DNA from: Conidiobolus incongruus B7586
Lineage: Eukaryota
Assembly (NCBI GenBank): GCA_000697335.1
Contig: JNEM01010257.1
Location: 1 to 44,169, forward strand
DNA length: 44,169 nt
Direction: 5' to 3'
Shown here: positions 1 to 14,110 of the stretch, piece by piece
How positions within the stretch are numbered: the stretch's first letter is position 1
Layout of the letters: each line of letters begins with the position of its first letter
Made by a program: the position numbers and the translations under genes
The notes under the pieces: generated by a model
Seen by the model: only the letters and a program-made list of their open reading frames with translations
What the model was told of the DNA's origin: nothing
Databases searched by the model: none

Positions 1-1169
1 GTTTAAGAATATTAATTCTTTTATATCTTCCATATAGAATTAGTTTTTCAAAAACTAATAATATATTTAAAAAATTATAAATTAAAATATTTGCCAATTT
101 TTTTAAACTAATATATTAATTCCTATATAAATTAAAACCTTGAATAATAATTAATTATGAAATAATATCATAATGAATACCACTATATATAAATAATTAG
201 CCCTTGAAATATATATTTAAAATTTTATTTAAATATAGTTATTAATTAATATAACTAATTATTTAATAATTAAATTATAAATAAATTAATCAAACATTAC
301 AAAATAATTATAAATAATAGTATGAAAATAAAAATAAATTATATTTTTTAATAATTATTAAAAACTTTATATTTGATAATCCATATAAAGAATATGATAG
401 AACAATTAATATATTGATATAGTTTTAAAAAATATTTTATAAATTTTAATTAATAATAACTTTAAATCAATTTTTTATAAATATCCAAAAAAAATTATAA
501 AATTTAAATATTTATTATAAGTATTTTAATAATCAAGTTATTTTTGTAATGTTATTAGATATTATTATCACTTTTGATTTACTTATATATTATAAAGCCT
601 TATTAACCATCTATAATCTTTATTTTAATATTGATGAATTTTAACCCCTTAAAAGGTGGGTCATAATCTATGAACCACCTTGGATATATAAATATAATTG
701 AGAATACTATAATGAACATACTTTTTTCCATTATAAATCCATCAATCACTTAAATCTTTATTACTTACCAATTAATAATTAAGTTAAAAACAAGATAATA
801 TCAAATCTTTGTAATCTTTGATTAGTGACATTGTGGATATTTGTGATTTATAAGCAATCCATTTTATAATTTAAATATTCCTGCCTTTTGGTATATCTAG
901 CATATATAACATCCAACTTTTTACCCAATTTTTGATACTGAGTCATAACTCATTATCAATATATTTTTATTAAATTGAATTAATTAAATTAATTGAAATA
1001 TATTATCACAGTAATAATTGTTAATGAAAATTTCACAAAAATTTATATCTTGTATAATTGAAATACCTATAAATTTAAAATAAAGGTTTTTAAATCAAAA
1101 AAGTATTCATAAGTTTATTATTATTATTATCTTAAAATGTGTGATTAATTAATAGATAAATTGTTAAGT

Positions 1170-2414
1170 TCAAAATTTATTCAACTCTGTGAGTTGAGGA
1201 AGCAAATGAGTGAAAAATAATACGCCCGTTTGAAGACATCTAACTGGTAAGAATTCATTATGATCATGAGCTCTGGTTTCAACATTGGCACATGGGGTGA
1301 TGCCATAGCTTGGAATACCCAAAGCTCTTAATCTTCTACTATCAGTAGCTCCTGGGAATACCTGACTTTCAATTGAATATCCTAATTCTTGGCTCACTTT
1401 CAATATGGTATTGAAGAAGGCTGCGTCAGGACCATTAGGAGACTTGGCAGGCTCTTCTTGATGAATATAATCGAGACTGACCTTAGCTAGAGCTCCCCAG
1501 CTATCCACTAACTTTTTTAAATTTTTAGTACCCATTTGGGGCGAAATTCGAATACTATAAGAAGCCCATAAGGTGTCAGGAACCACATTGCCAGCTGTTC
1601 CACCACCCATCTGGACTAGGTTCATAGTTGTAGTTTCACCCCAATCAATGTATTTTGATAAAAGTTCTTGCTCTTTACGAAAAATCTCGGCAAACATAAT
1701 GAATTTTGAAAGCTTGTTAATTGCTAAATTATCAATAAATTTACTTGCGTGACCAGTATTGCCTTGTGCAGTTACGTTGAGTATCCATGGGGCTCTCTCG
1801 GCATAAAAAACTTTGAATTCGTCATCAAAACTTTGTAAACCTTCATCGATCACTGCTCCAGCATTTAGTGATTTGAACACTGGGTGCCTTACCAGACATC
1901 CCATACCTTCGTCACCTCCAATCTCTTCATCAGGAACAATTGTCAAGTGGACAGTGCGCTTTGGATTGAAATTGCCATTCTTGAGCATTCTCAAGGCTTC
2001 CAAGTATAAAATAGTCTGAGATTTGTCATCTTGAGCACCTCTTCCATATATTACCTGTTCGCCTTTATAGACACCCAATTCTCCGCCGAAAGGATCAGTC
2101 GACCACATCTCTTTGGTGACTGGCACAACATCATAATGGGAGTTTAGCATGATAGAAGGTAAATTGGGATCTGATCCCAACCAGGTACCAATGACGATTG
2201 GCTTTTTGGGATTACAGGATACCAAATCAGTCTTCAAGCCGACCTCCTCAGCATAACTTTTCAACCAATTGACAACTCCGGTATAATTGACATCGTTGGA
2301 AACAGTGTTGAATTGAATATATTTCTGCAAACGACTGACCAATTGATCAGTCAGATTTGTCTGAGGTCCACAATTAACAAGTCCTAAAGATCCTAATAAA
2401 TAAATCAATTTCAT
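1170..2414 (-). CDS. Aminoacylase-1-like M20A metallopeptidase, 414 aa, intronless, with predicted N-terminal signal peptide
   Basis: M20 metal-binding motifs NSHYDVVP, GRGAQDDK, PDEEIGG, IDEG and HDHNE, plus GNTGHAS and FPGATDSR typical of ACY1. Hydrophobic N-terminus MKLIYLLGSLGLVNC. Confidence 0.9.
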   Translation of the reverse strand: MKLIYLLGSLGLVNCGPQTNLTDQLVSRLQKYIQFNTVSNDVNYTGVVNWLKSYAEEVGLKTDLVSCNPKKPIVIGTWLGSDPNLPSIMLNSHYDVVPVTKEMWSTDPFGGELGVYKGEQVIYGRGAQDDKSQTILYLEALRMLKNGNFNPKRTVHLTIVPDEEIGGDEGMGCLVRHPVFKSLNAGAVIDEGLQSFDDEFKVFYAERAPWILNVTAQGNTGHASKFIDNLAINKLSKFIMFAEIFRKEQELLSKYIDWGETTTMNLVQMGGGTAGNVVPDTLWASYSIRISPQMGTKNLKKLVDSWGALAKVSLDYIHQEEPAKSPNGPDAAFFNTILKVSQELGYSIESQVFPGATDSRRLRALGIPSYGITPCANVETRAHDHNEFLPVRCLQTGVLFFTHLLPQLTELNKF

Positions 2415-5400
2415 TTTTCAGTTATTTTTATTCAATATAATATTTACTTTGTCAGAATTATATATAATTTAATTTGAATTATGGGTTTGATAAACAGAAC
2501 ACTGTTTTATGTAGTCTTTCAATTTATCCATTGCATTCAAATATCATACTTGAATACTATTTTATATCTCTATCAGATTATTCTAGTTAATAATTTTCCA
2601 AATGTTCATTATAGGTTATATTACCTTTGGTATTAATACTAAAATAATAGACGTATTTTAATCAATATGATGATTTAATCAAGATTACAATTAAAACAAA
2701 ATTATAAACCCAAGAATTTACATATATGAAATATGGAATATGACATTTTTCTCATCACTATCAGAATCAACTCAGCAATTTGATTGAACTTAAAAAATTA
2801 AAGTAAATTTATATCATGATTCGAGGTTTTTATCGATCTAATATTATTATATTATATTTCTGTCTTTAATTATTATATTGGCATGGAACCAGAAGTATCT
2901 GAACAGAAACTTTCTATCATCTAATACAAAATAATATATTATATAATTTTTGTAATGTTTATCAAATAAATCAGATTATTGCGCAGTGTTATTTCAATTC
3001 AATATTTCAGTAATTTTTAGAATATAGATAACTTGATATCTTTATATTCGAAGCATGACTTTAAATCTTTAAGAAAAGTTATTCATACAGAATCTCAATT
3101 CCATACCGATATAACAATTTGGAGCTTAGGAATACATTAGTAGCTCTGAATCTCAGGAATATTTAACTTGATTTTATTTTCAGATGCTTTAATTGGTTTT
3201 TTTTATTTTCTCAACAAATTTACCAATTGAAAATGTGGAAAACCTAAATTTGTACTTGAGTTGTTATTAATGAGAGTTATATATATAACAAATATCTGCA
3301 TTTCCAATAAGATATAAATCTAACAATGAAAATGCAATATTGCCATTAAATCATAATTGTTCATTTATTTATCATAAATTTTAACTTCTTTAGTGTTGAT
3401 TTGTATTCAATATTTTATTTGACAACGCTACCCGTTTATAACTTTAATTTTTTCTCATCATAAAATCTTAAATCTATATTTCAAATTGATATATACTAAT
3501 CAACTGTGTTTAACTTTATTTTGTTTATCATTAATTAGGATTTCAATTAGTATTTGAATAAATGATTGATATATTAATGAGAAGTGAAAATATATTATGT
3601 CATGTTAAAATCGAGATGGATAAATTTCAATGCAAAGTTTTAACATATATTATTATTGAAATTTCATATTTATAATAAAACTCAGCAAATGATACCTATC
3701 ATAAAAAATATGAATAGATAAATTATTTTAAATGTTTAAATACAAACTTGATCAGTTATTAATTTGAAAATTTATATTGAATAAAAAATTAATTTTTTTA
3801 ATTTTTTGACAATTATTTAATACAATTAATATATAATTAACTGATAAGTATAAAATCATAATAACAAAAATAGTAAAAATTACATCAAATTAGATATTCA
3901 TCAAATTGATCTTAATATATTTTATGAATTTTTTTATTGCAGATTTAGAATTTTCACTCTAATTACTGTATCTCAAAAATACCCGCCCGTCTCGATTCGA
4001 TAGTCGAGTCAGTATTATTCATAAGGTAGTTCAGCTTTGTCGGTCCATAATAAAACGAAACCCTTTGCTCATTTTGTTAGATTTTAGCAAAACCATATAC
4101 CATTTACTGAACAAATTATTTAATTCTAGGAGTGACAAATAGAGAAAAATTGTATATTCTGCTACAACACCTCAAGAGTAAGTAAACTTTATGACATATA
4201 ATCCTGAAATGTTAAAGAGCAGAATTAATAAATTTACTTTGCATTACAAGCACTTTTCTAACAACAATCTTTACGTCGCATCCTGTTCCCTTGGATAAAC
4301 AAGAACAAGGAACCAGTCCCGAGAACCATCACAAGGATACACCATTGCACAGTCACACCCCCACAAACTCTTAAAATACCTTTAAATACACTAGTAGATT
4401 CTATCATGGAAGCTTGATTTTTGGTGTCCAATCAAAATTACACTTCTGCCAATTATCCTCTTCTATATTCATCACTTCCAAAGAGTAACACCTCTGCCTT
4501 AGTGTTACTAAAATCACCCATTAACTTATTACCAGTTATATTATTCAACATACCTATTTCAATAATAAAATCAATTCTACTACAACTTCTTTTTTTACTT
4601 ATTACTACATAATTTTACAACATGGCTCTCATTCGTTCTAATTTGCCCAATTTGCAATTAATTCCATATGATGAACCTAATCGGATAGCCATCACGACTC
4701 AACTGGTCCTCTTGGCCCCTAGAGTTGTAGATCACATAGTCACTTATATCTCTGGCCACTGTGGCGAAATATTGGAGCTGGTATTAATACTCTTAGCTAA
4801 TCTCGTTACACTTTATTTAAAAATTATATTACTGATCACAGCATAATCATGATTTGATATTATTATTAAATAAACTATACAATCTATATTACACTTTGAT
4901 AAAATAAAATAACCTTGATTTCTATGGATGCTCGAAAATCCTGATTTTAACAATAATATCTAATATTATGTGTAGGATTGTGGATATGTCTAAATCAATT
5001 TTAAATATATATTCTAAATTTAATTGAAATATAATTTGAAAGCTTTGCAATATATCATTAAGTGTTATTGATAATTTAAATTTATATTAGAATCAAAACA
5101 ATGCTAAGCTAAATTTATAATTTTAAATAAATTTTTTAACACCTTTATAAGCAAATATGCCAATCAAAATCTCTGTTAATTAAATGATATTGTATTTTAA
5201 TTTTTGTATGAAAGATATAAAGACAAAATATTGATATAAAATATGAAAATGACTTTCGATATATTATCTAAATACTTTAAAGATATCTCAGTATAAGATA
5301 TAATATGCTTTATGTTAAACTGGGATAAATTTAATCATTTTAGCATTTAGATTTTAATGATTAATGTAAGATATAATTAAATTAGCAATGCTAAAAATTT

Positions 5401-6066
5401 TTAAATATATTGAACAATTAGGCACAAAAGAGATATAAAATGATCATATTAAATAACTTATATTTCATAATTATATTAATATGTAAAATCAGACAAAGGC
5501 AACCTTTAAAGCTATTTTTATACAATATATTTATTATTTGGAAGATTTTTGTGAAATTAATCAGACCTTAATATTTCATCCATCTACTAGTCCTCGAGCT
5601 GGGTTTCGGTTTATTGAACTGTATTGTATTATATTCAGATTTTATATTCAAGAATATCCTTTTAAAGTATGTGACAAATCTTGGAATCTGGGCATATGTT
5701 CATATACTGTATTTGTGTTGCAGATAAGGAATTTCAACTCAGATTATAGAAGTCGAACCATAATGCATGCAACTAAACCCTTTAAGTGACTAGTGTTTTA
5801 ACCATTTTACAATCAAAAAAACAATTAAAAATGGAGAATCTGTAATAATGCTACCAAATAAATAACTGGAGATATATAAAAGGAAATTTCTATTCATTAA
5901 TAAGTCTGAATAAAATGCTTGATTTTTTTAGTGAAATAAATTCAATTGTACCTTAAAGTTTCATGCTAATTAGATTTTTTTTTTAATTTTTGAATTGGTA
6001 CAAATATTGATCAGAACTCGTGAATAATTCATTTTTTTTATTTTATAATTATAACAAGAAATAAAA

Positions 6067-7290
6067 ATGTTCAAGTGGTTTAAATCGTATATAAGACCAA
6101 TATTAACTTCAGTTATAATATGGGTAGTTCCAATAATCATTTGTCTTAGTTTGTCGTTTGGGCGCAAACAACAGATATCTAATAGCCAAATAGCATTTAC
6201 CAGCCCTTTTATACCATCAGTAGATATGCACAAATTTTTATACAAAGATAATATTGGGTTTGAATCACAAGGTTATTATATATTCCTAAACCAAAATGAA
6301 TATCTTTTCTTTCTGTTAACTTATAGTAATACTGGGTAAATATATAGAATAGAATTTGGCAATATAAAAAACTAATTTTCAATTTATAGATATTATTCTC
6401 AAATGCAGATAACGTATGAATTCTTTACAATGAATCATACACGTCCTAGTATATATAATGTGGTTGCATGTAATGTAGATTCTATTAAAAAGGAGCTGGA
6501 TGATTTGTATATTCAATCTGACTGTATGGATTTCGTCACTCAAGTCAAATCTGACAAATTAATCAAATATATGCGATTTAAAGAACCAAGTGAAGTTGTT
6601 GGTGAAATTCACATGACAACAATTGATAGAGGGATTCAAGGTTGGAATGAAAATGGGGAATTTGTATTGAATCCTGACACTGGAGAAACTTATAAATTAT
6701 GCTTCGCAGCGTCTAATGATGTGAAAGGATCTATCACACTTCTTAAGGCTAACCGAGATGTAAAGGTTGATGGAGTTGGCGTGTTTCGCAAAGAACGTAT
6801 GGGAGTGCTGCCCAACAAAGTCTATCGCAAAATGAACTTGATGTACTTCCGAGCTCCTGAGCTTCAATTCTGGCTTTTCCAATTTTTCCCTTCAAAGGAC
6901 TTCCAAACTCAGGGTCAAAATGGGATTGGATATGCTTTCATGTATAAAGAAGACAAACTACAATTTGTATCTTCTGATTATAAATATGAATTAGTTGATG
7001 GTGCTAAAGATGAAAAATCTAACTATATGACTCCAACACAATTGCGCTTAAATCTAAAAACAGGAGATTCGCACAACACGACGATAACAAGCGAAGTTAA
7101 TGATTTAAAAGTATTTGAATCAATTGACTCATTAGCTGTTTTACCCAGTTTTGCAAGGTTTATTGCAGAAAATTTTTTCACTAAGCCTTATCTATTCCTT
7201 TACTTGTTGACTGCAAATATTCGTATTGGCAATCAATTAGAGACTAAGAATATTCAAGGTAGTTTATTTTTATCTACAAACTATATGTAA
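6067..7290 (+). CDS. Svf1-like (survival factor 1, lipocalin-like) protein; exons 6067-6335 and 6390-7290
   Basis: Intron 6336-6389 (GTAAAT...ACTAAT...TAG) joins the two ORFs in frame (NTG-YYSQMQ). MxKW start, ESQGYYIF, LLTYSN and the C-terminal 'SIDSLAVLPSFAR...TKPYLF' resemble the Svf1 family from recall. Confidence 0.7.
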
Positions 7291-9842
7291 TTAAATTGAA
7301 ATAGCATAAGCCTGCTATGTTCAATATCCCATATTTTAAATTTAATTAAACAAGTTTGATTTTTAAAAAAATTATTAGAAACATTATAAAACTGTGAAAT
7401 TGTTGATTTAATTATATATACACCTGGATTTATATTTTAACTGATTATCAAACAATGATCAATAATATCAACTATTTTTTATATATAGTAGTTTTATAAA
7501 AACTATCGAAACCTAGTAATATTTACCGCTTTATTATTAAATAATTTTTAATTTTTATATTAAAAAATTAATACCTATGTATATAATTCTTATTCATAAT
7601 ATTGAAATATTTAAGAATTGTATATTTATACTGTTAGTTGTAGTTATTGGAGACAGTATTGTTTTAAATTTCAATTTAGTTAAATGAATATAAAATAATA
7701 AAACTCTCTTTACATTTTAGATATTTATAATTTGTATATTTTAATGTAATTCTTTATTACTAATTTTAAATAATTATTAATCATTTTTTTACTATGATGA
7801 ATTTTATGAAAGTTCATAAAATGGTAAATTTATATTCTATAATTTCATTAATGTGTAATTTCTTAAATAAATTAATTTAATATTATCGAATATTTTAAAA
7901 AATGGCAAATCCAATACCATGATAATATATGGAATATTTACTAGTTATTTTAAAGCATATAGTTGAAATAGATTATTTTTTATAATATTAGCAAATTAAT
8001 ACTTGAAATATATATTGAAATTTAATATAATTAAATACAAACTAATATCCCACTCTATCATTACATCACAGTATAATTAGTCCAAGATTTTATCTATATT
8101 GATAATTTAGTTTAATTACAATAAATAGAACTTAAATTCTTAATAACTAGTATATATGTAAATTTGGAATAAGTAGAATGAAAATTATTTTATCCAAATA
8201 TAGAATAAACAAGAACCTCGGATTTAATATGTTAAATTATATTTTTACAAGGAAATTGAACTTTACAATTAAAATAAATATAGTGAAATAATTTTATGAA
8301 TTTAGGAAAATATCTGTACAATCAGATATCAATAAAATTCAAAAACAAAGATATAATTATAGATATTAGAGAATATTTACCAGTTATTTTATATGAAATA
8401 TAAATATATAGTTGAATACTTTTATCAAATTAATTTTTAATTTTTAATAAGTACATTTATAAACTTTATTACTAATACTTAAAACTGAATTTCTAATGCT
8501 TTTTGGAATATTAAAAAATTTGAAATAAAAAAATTAGATAATTATTAAACAAATGAGTGGTAAAAATTATTTTATACTTGAATAGTGTAGCATAGATTTG
8601 AAGATATATACAAATTATACTTCCTTCAATGATAAGAATGTCCATATAATCTTTATTAAAATTTAAGGCTTATCATGTTAGTTGTATATTTAGCATATCG
8701 TAAAATGATGCATTATATTTTTCTGATAAAGAAATGAATTACTTTATTGATTTGGATTTTTCACTATTTTTGATAAAAACAACTCAAGTTTTTATTTAGC
8801 GAATCCTAATAATAAGGCATTAATTCATTTAAATACTTAATGAGATAATTCGATAAATGCAATAGTTTTTAGCCAATTAAAATAATGCCAAAAAAGACTT
8901 TTAATAGTTAGGTTTCTCCAATAGCATTCCTACAGAAGTTGATATTATTGAAACAGTCAATTATATTACTATAGTCTTGCCTTGAATGTTTTGCATCAGT
9001 TCTGTTGAATATATTATTAATATCAGTTGTCAACGTTAGAAATATAAAAATTATAATGAAAAATAAATTTAAGATTCAACTCAATTTGTCAAAATAGTGT
9101 TGCATTTCAGGAATTCCTTATGTAAACTAGAAAATATATCATAAATGATTTCATATCTGCCTAAGAGTATAAAAAATAAAAAACGCTATAAGATTAATTA
9201 AAATTACTATCAATATCATATCATTAAAATTTAAAACGTAAGAATACTATAGAATTAAAAGATATCAAGATTTCAAAATATCCGTTATACTACAGATATA
9301 TAAATTTAAACCTTTTTAATATTAAAATCATTGATTACTTAAAAAACATTAGTTTTGAATGTTTGTAACTGTGAACTGATAATCAGTTTTTAAAGTAATT
9401 TGAATTAGTTGATCAAATCAGATTCTCTAAATGACACTAAGTTATGTCAAATTAAGAAAATTTAAGTTTATTTGACTTGATAAACTGTCATTTTCAAAAT
9501 CATCAAATATAAGATCGAAATTTTTTTGAAATTGGTTTCTAATTTCGTTACGTTAGAAATAATCAAAACCAATTGAATTTAATTAAGAAAATGAATTCCA
9601 ATCAAATTTCAAAATTTAAAACGGTGTGAATGACTATGAAGATGAATAAGAAACAAGTGATAGTAACTTGATAACTGTATATTTAATGAGTAGTTCCTCC
9701 AAGATTCGAGATTAAACTAAAATTATCTAAATTGAACTAAAATTCATATTCTTTTAGCATCCCTTTCATTCGAAGTGCATTTCCATTCAATTGATCATTT
9801 TATATTCAAAATAGACTAATATCATTTCATTTAATATACATC

Positions 9843-10541
9843 ATGAAAATCACTAACAAACCTACCCACACTCCTGCTACTACTACTGACGCCACTAACA
9901 CCGCTAATAATCCCAAAAGGAATATTACCGAACCTTGGCAAATTGCAGGGTTGGAACTCCAGTTTAGAAAGACTCCATGTCCGAGTCAGAGGTTGAGAGT
10001 TCAGTTAGCTAAGCAGTATCAAATGCCCGTGAAATCTATTCAATTCTGGTTTCAAAACCGCCGTGCCAAGGCCAGAAATGAGAAGGAATGGATGTTCGTC
10101 ATTGAAAAATGCTCTCCAGTCCAAAAATTGAACCAAACAGGGGATGTCAACACGAAAATGAATATCACACCCCTTAATAATCATAGTCACTATGTACACT
10201 CTAATAACCATAGTCCCACTCATTTGAATCATTTAGGGCAGCCAGCATATCCAGAGGCCGACTACTCCAGCCAGGATGTTGACTTCCAGTCCGACGCCAT
10301 GGCCCTGAGCATGCCACAATGGATGCCACATCAAGAGAGTTACCCTCACGATCCCGTTTCCATTCTAAACCTACCATCTCCAGCACTCTTCAACCAATTC
10401 CCCAAGATCTCTACTCCGACAATGGTCAACTTCCATACGCAACCCTTAGTCAGCCCTCACGAGTGGGACAAATACCATCCCCCAGCGCATAATTTCTACT
10501 ATGAGAATCAAACCCAATTAATGAATCATCAATACTCATAA
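9843..10541 (+). CDS. Homeodomain transcription factor, 232 aa
   Basis: Helix-3 signature IQFWFQNRRAK, N-terminal arm PKR, and a P/Q/H/N-rich low-complexity C-terminal region. Confidence 0.9.
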   Translation: MKITNKPTHTPATTTDATNTANNPKRNITEPWQIAGLELQFRKTPCPSQRLRVQLAKQYQMPVKSIQFWFQNRRAKARNEKEWMFVIEKCSPVQKLNQTGDVNTKMNITPLNNHSHYVHSNNHSPTHLNHLGQPAYPEADYSSQDVDFQSDAMALSMPQWMPHQESYPHDPVSILNLPSPALFNQFPKISTPTMVNFHTQPLVSPHEWDKYHPPAHNFYYENQTQLMNHQYS

Positions 10542-12112
10542 TTTTTATTCATCATTACCAAAGCCATATCAAATATATTATATTTTAAAGGTGATTATAA
10601 TTGTAATCACTTTATTATTAGTCATAAACCAATGAAACAGTATTTTTATTTTAATATTATTTTTGTTTTAATAAATGATTAAATTTAAGATAAAATTATT
10701 AGTTAATTATATTATTTATATTATAAAATTTAAAGATAATATAATAAAAAATAAATATTATAATTATATTATATAATTTTATTATATCGAGAATTTAATG
10801 ATTAATAATTATTAAATATATTAATAATAAAATGACTTTATTTTTAATTAATAATTAATTCCTGTACTTGATAATTTTTCATTTAAGATTTTTTTTGATA
10901 AATTTATTGTTTAAAATTATAACTGTTTTAATATTAATGAATTAAATTTTTGATATATTATATATAACTTTAATTTATATACATATTATTAACTATTTTA
11001 AAAGAATATAAAAATTAGGTCATCGATAAAATCGAAGTTGTATATACTTAAATGAATATTGATCATAATTGGAAGAAGTGCTGAGTAAAATTGTAAACAA
11101 ATAAAACTATATGCGAAACAAATAATATTTTCTGAAATCAAATATATCAAATTAAATGATATATTTAAAAGTTAATTTTATAGTTGAATATTCTATTAAG
11201 CCAGTGTTTCAACACGAATTTATATTTAATTGTGATGAAACAATCAACTTTATGCTAGGTTGCTTTTGCTGTGAGTTAAAAATACAACAATTCATTGTAA
11301 TTTTAGTTTTAATTTGTATATAAAATTCAAAATAAATCATTGGATAAATTAATAATATTCAAATTTACTTTTGAATTTTAAGTAGTTTATAATTTTTTTA
11401 ATGATTTAATATATAAATAATGATTTAATTATGTCAATTATTTAAAAATAAAATTGTAATAATTAGCAATATTTTATTACATTACAGTGATAATAGCATA
11501 ATTTAAATCTTCTTTTATTAATTATATTAATAATTTGAAATCTTCATAGGTATATAATATTGATAGTTATAATGTTTTTATAAATGTGTGAATCTTACTT
11601 TTATCAATTTTCAAAAGAGGAAGAGTGTTCATTATTAAAGGTAATCATATTCAGGTGTGACAATTCACTTTGCTTTATTCAGGATTATTTTATAAATTTA
11701 ATATTATTAACATTTTTTTATCAGTAAAATTAGAAATTTAATTGATATTACTTTTTAAAAATTATAATTTATAAAATTCAAAGTCAACTTTATATAACTT
11801 TATTATTTAAATTTATATTAATGCTAAAATCTAAATAAATCTATTTTTTATTTAAAACAATTGATAAATTCAATATTAAGAATATCATATACAAAACAAC
11901 AATAGCACCATATTCACCCATTTTGAAGGTTTAGATAATTAAATTGAATGTGTAAATGATTTGAATAAAATTAATCTAATAAAAATTAAAAGATGGTTCA
12001 AATCAATTATTATTATGATTATTAAAAGAAAATTTTAAAAGTCAATAAATAAATATAAAATTAATATTATATATCATTGCTAATAATTAAATATAAAAAA
12101 CATAAAATCAAT

Positions 12113-12766
12113 TTACCAGAATCTTAATATATCAGTATTCTTAAAACCGTGGCGATTTTCCTTCCAATCTCCGATACAAGTATCTGGATTATTGGCAATG
12201 GCTTCTCTGCCCCACTTGGTGAGAACTGAACAATTTGCTACATTGATGACCATACATGTTGGGAGAACTTGAGCATTTAATCTCTTAATTAAATACTTGA
12301 TGACTGCTTGTTCTTCAAAATTAATAAATTTAAAATTATAATTCTTGATATAGTTAATGAAATCGTATTGTTCAGAATCTACGGTAACGACTATTACATC
12401 CACATCATTCTTGTTCTTATTCAACCATTCCTGGAGGTGAGGGGAAAACTTTTTGCATGGTGGACACCAACTGGCAGTAAAGTATAAAATGATGTATGGT
12501 ACTTGGGGAATGTAATCAACACTCTTTTCAACCCTAACTTCCTGAGTAGTTCCATCCTTCTTCTTGACTGTTTGAGATTCAAAATAACGTAATTCGGAAA
12601 ATTCTAATTTCTTACGAAGTTCCTTACCAGCTTCTAACCTTTGTTCATCATTTAAGTCATACCAATTGACAATAGGTGTATTTTTTTGAACAGGTTCTTC
12701 GGGTTGTGATACTTTTTCAACTTGTTGAGTTGGGTTAACTGTACAAACACCACCTTCACAAGACAT
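12113..12766 (-). CDS. Nucleoredoxin/tryparedoxin-like thioredoxin-fold oxidoreductase, 217 aa
   Basis: LYFTASWCPPCKKFSP active site, followed by VIVVTVD, cis-Pro LPT and WGREAI, all typical of TryX/NRX-like domains. Confidence 0.85.
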   Translation of the reverse strand: MSCEGGVCTVNPTQQVEKVSQPEEPVQKNTPIVNWYDLNDEQRLEAGKELRKKLEFSELRYFESQTVKKKDGTTQEVRVEKSVDYIPQVPYIILYFTASWCPPCKKFSPHLQEWLNKNKNDVDVIVVTVDSEQYDFINYIKNYNFKFINFEEQAVIKYLIKRLNAQVLPTCMVINVANCSVLTKWGREAIANNPDTCIGDWKENRHGFKNTDILRFW

Positions 12767-14091
12767 TAAGTTAATATGAGTATTTAGGATTAATTATATA
12801 GAATATTTAATAATTAGTAAATTTTTAAAATTGAATTAAAACGAATAACTAATGAGTTTAAATAATTTCAAATTCATGGATCTTGTTATGGGAAATTAAA
12901 CTCCAAATATGGGAGTGTGAATTTTTCTAACCAATCATTAATTCCTAATCCAATCGAATTGTTTTAATAGTCATATGATTCAAAAAATCCAATTCTCCAA
13001 CATTCTTTTTATTATTCACAAAGTTTTGCTATCAAGTTTTATACATTATTTTCTCAAAAATATTTGGATGGTTATGATCACATGATCATTATTTGTTTAT
13101 GAATAATAATGAGACTTTTTAGGTAATTTAAAGATATTTTTTTAAATCTCATTATTACTGATGATATTTAGATATATTTTAATAATTTGAAATATTCAGT
13201 ATTATACCAATTACAAATTTAAATGTATCACTGTATAATATATTTGAAAATAATATTCAATATTCAAGTTTAATCTATTAATTATATATGATCAAATCCA
13301 ACATGTATAGATTTCTACAATTTATTAAAAATACTTACAATCAATTAACTCAATTATTTATAATTGATATAATACATTTTATATATTTGGAAAAAGTTTG
13401 GTAAATCATTAAAAATATAATTATTTAAATGGAAATTAGTATTATTAATAATAACTGTCAACAAGCAAATATTTTTTAAAATCAATATTTAGTTTGCCGT
13501 TTAATTTTGATATTCAAAAATAGCTATAATAGGTTATTTATAAGATTATAGCATCAAACTATATATTTTCAAGCCAATTCAACTCTATCCCTATCAGGTG
13601 AAATTTATTCAAAATAAACAGGAAAAGAATACGAGTAATTGTATAATAAATATATATCTTTCACTTTGAATTAATACTTAGGAGATATATCCCTCTTCTA
13701 TCTGAAAATATATTATTATAATACAATTCTATTTTTTTCAATGTTTTAGTAAATTGATTAAATTTATAAATTATAATTGATAATATAAAGGAAATTAACT
13801 ATTGAAAGTTAAAATGATACAAATTGTATAATACATAAAATATTACTAGCAAAGTAATTAGATAAAGATATTTAAAATTTTATTACTATGTAAAGAATAT
13901 ATAATTGTTTTACTAAAAACGTAATATAAATAGTTATGGATTATAATTAATAATTTTGAAATGATTTCATCAATTATTTCAATAATAAAAACTTTTAATA
14001 ATATTACTAATAATTTATTAAAGTGTTTTTTATTAGCTGTGTTTTATATAATGAAATAATTTTTTTAATCTGTATTTTCAATAGAAACTAA

Positions 14092-14110
14092 ATATATATA
14101 TATATATATA
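14092..14110. repeat. (AT)n microsatellite
   Basis: Directly visible dinucleotide run. Confidence 0.8.

Noticed and set aside
360..415. Minus-strand NCSIIFLYGLSNIK resembling a degenerate SF3 helicase Walker A motif
   Set aside because: Needs several substitutions plus a missing Gly codon, and no supporting downstream motifs were found.
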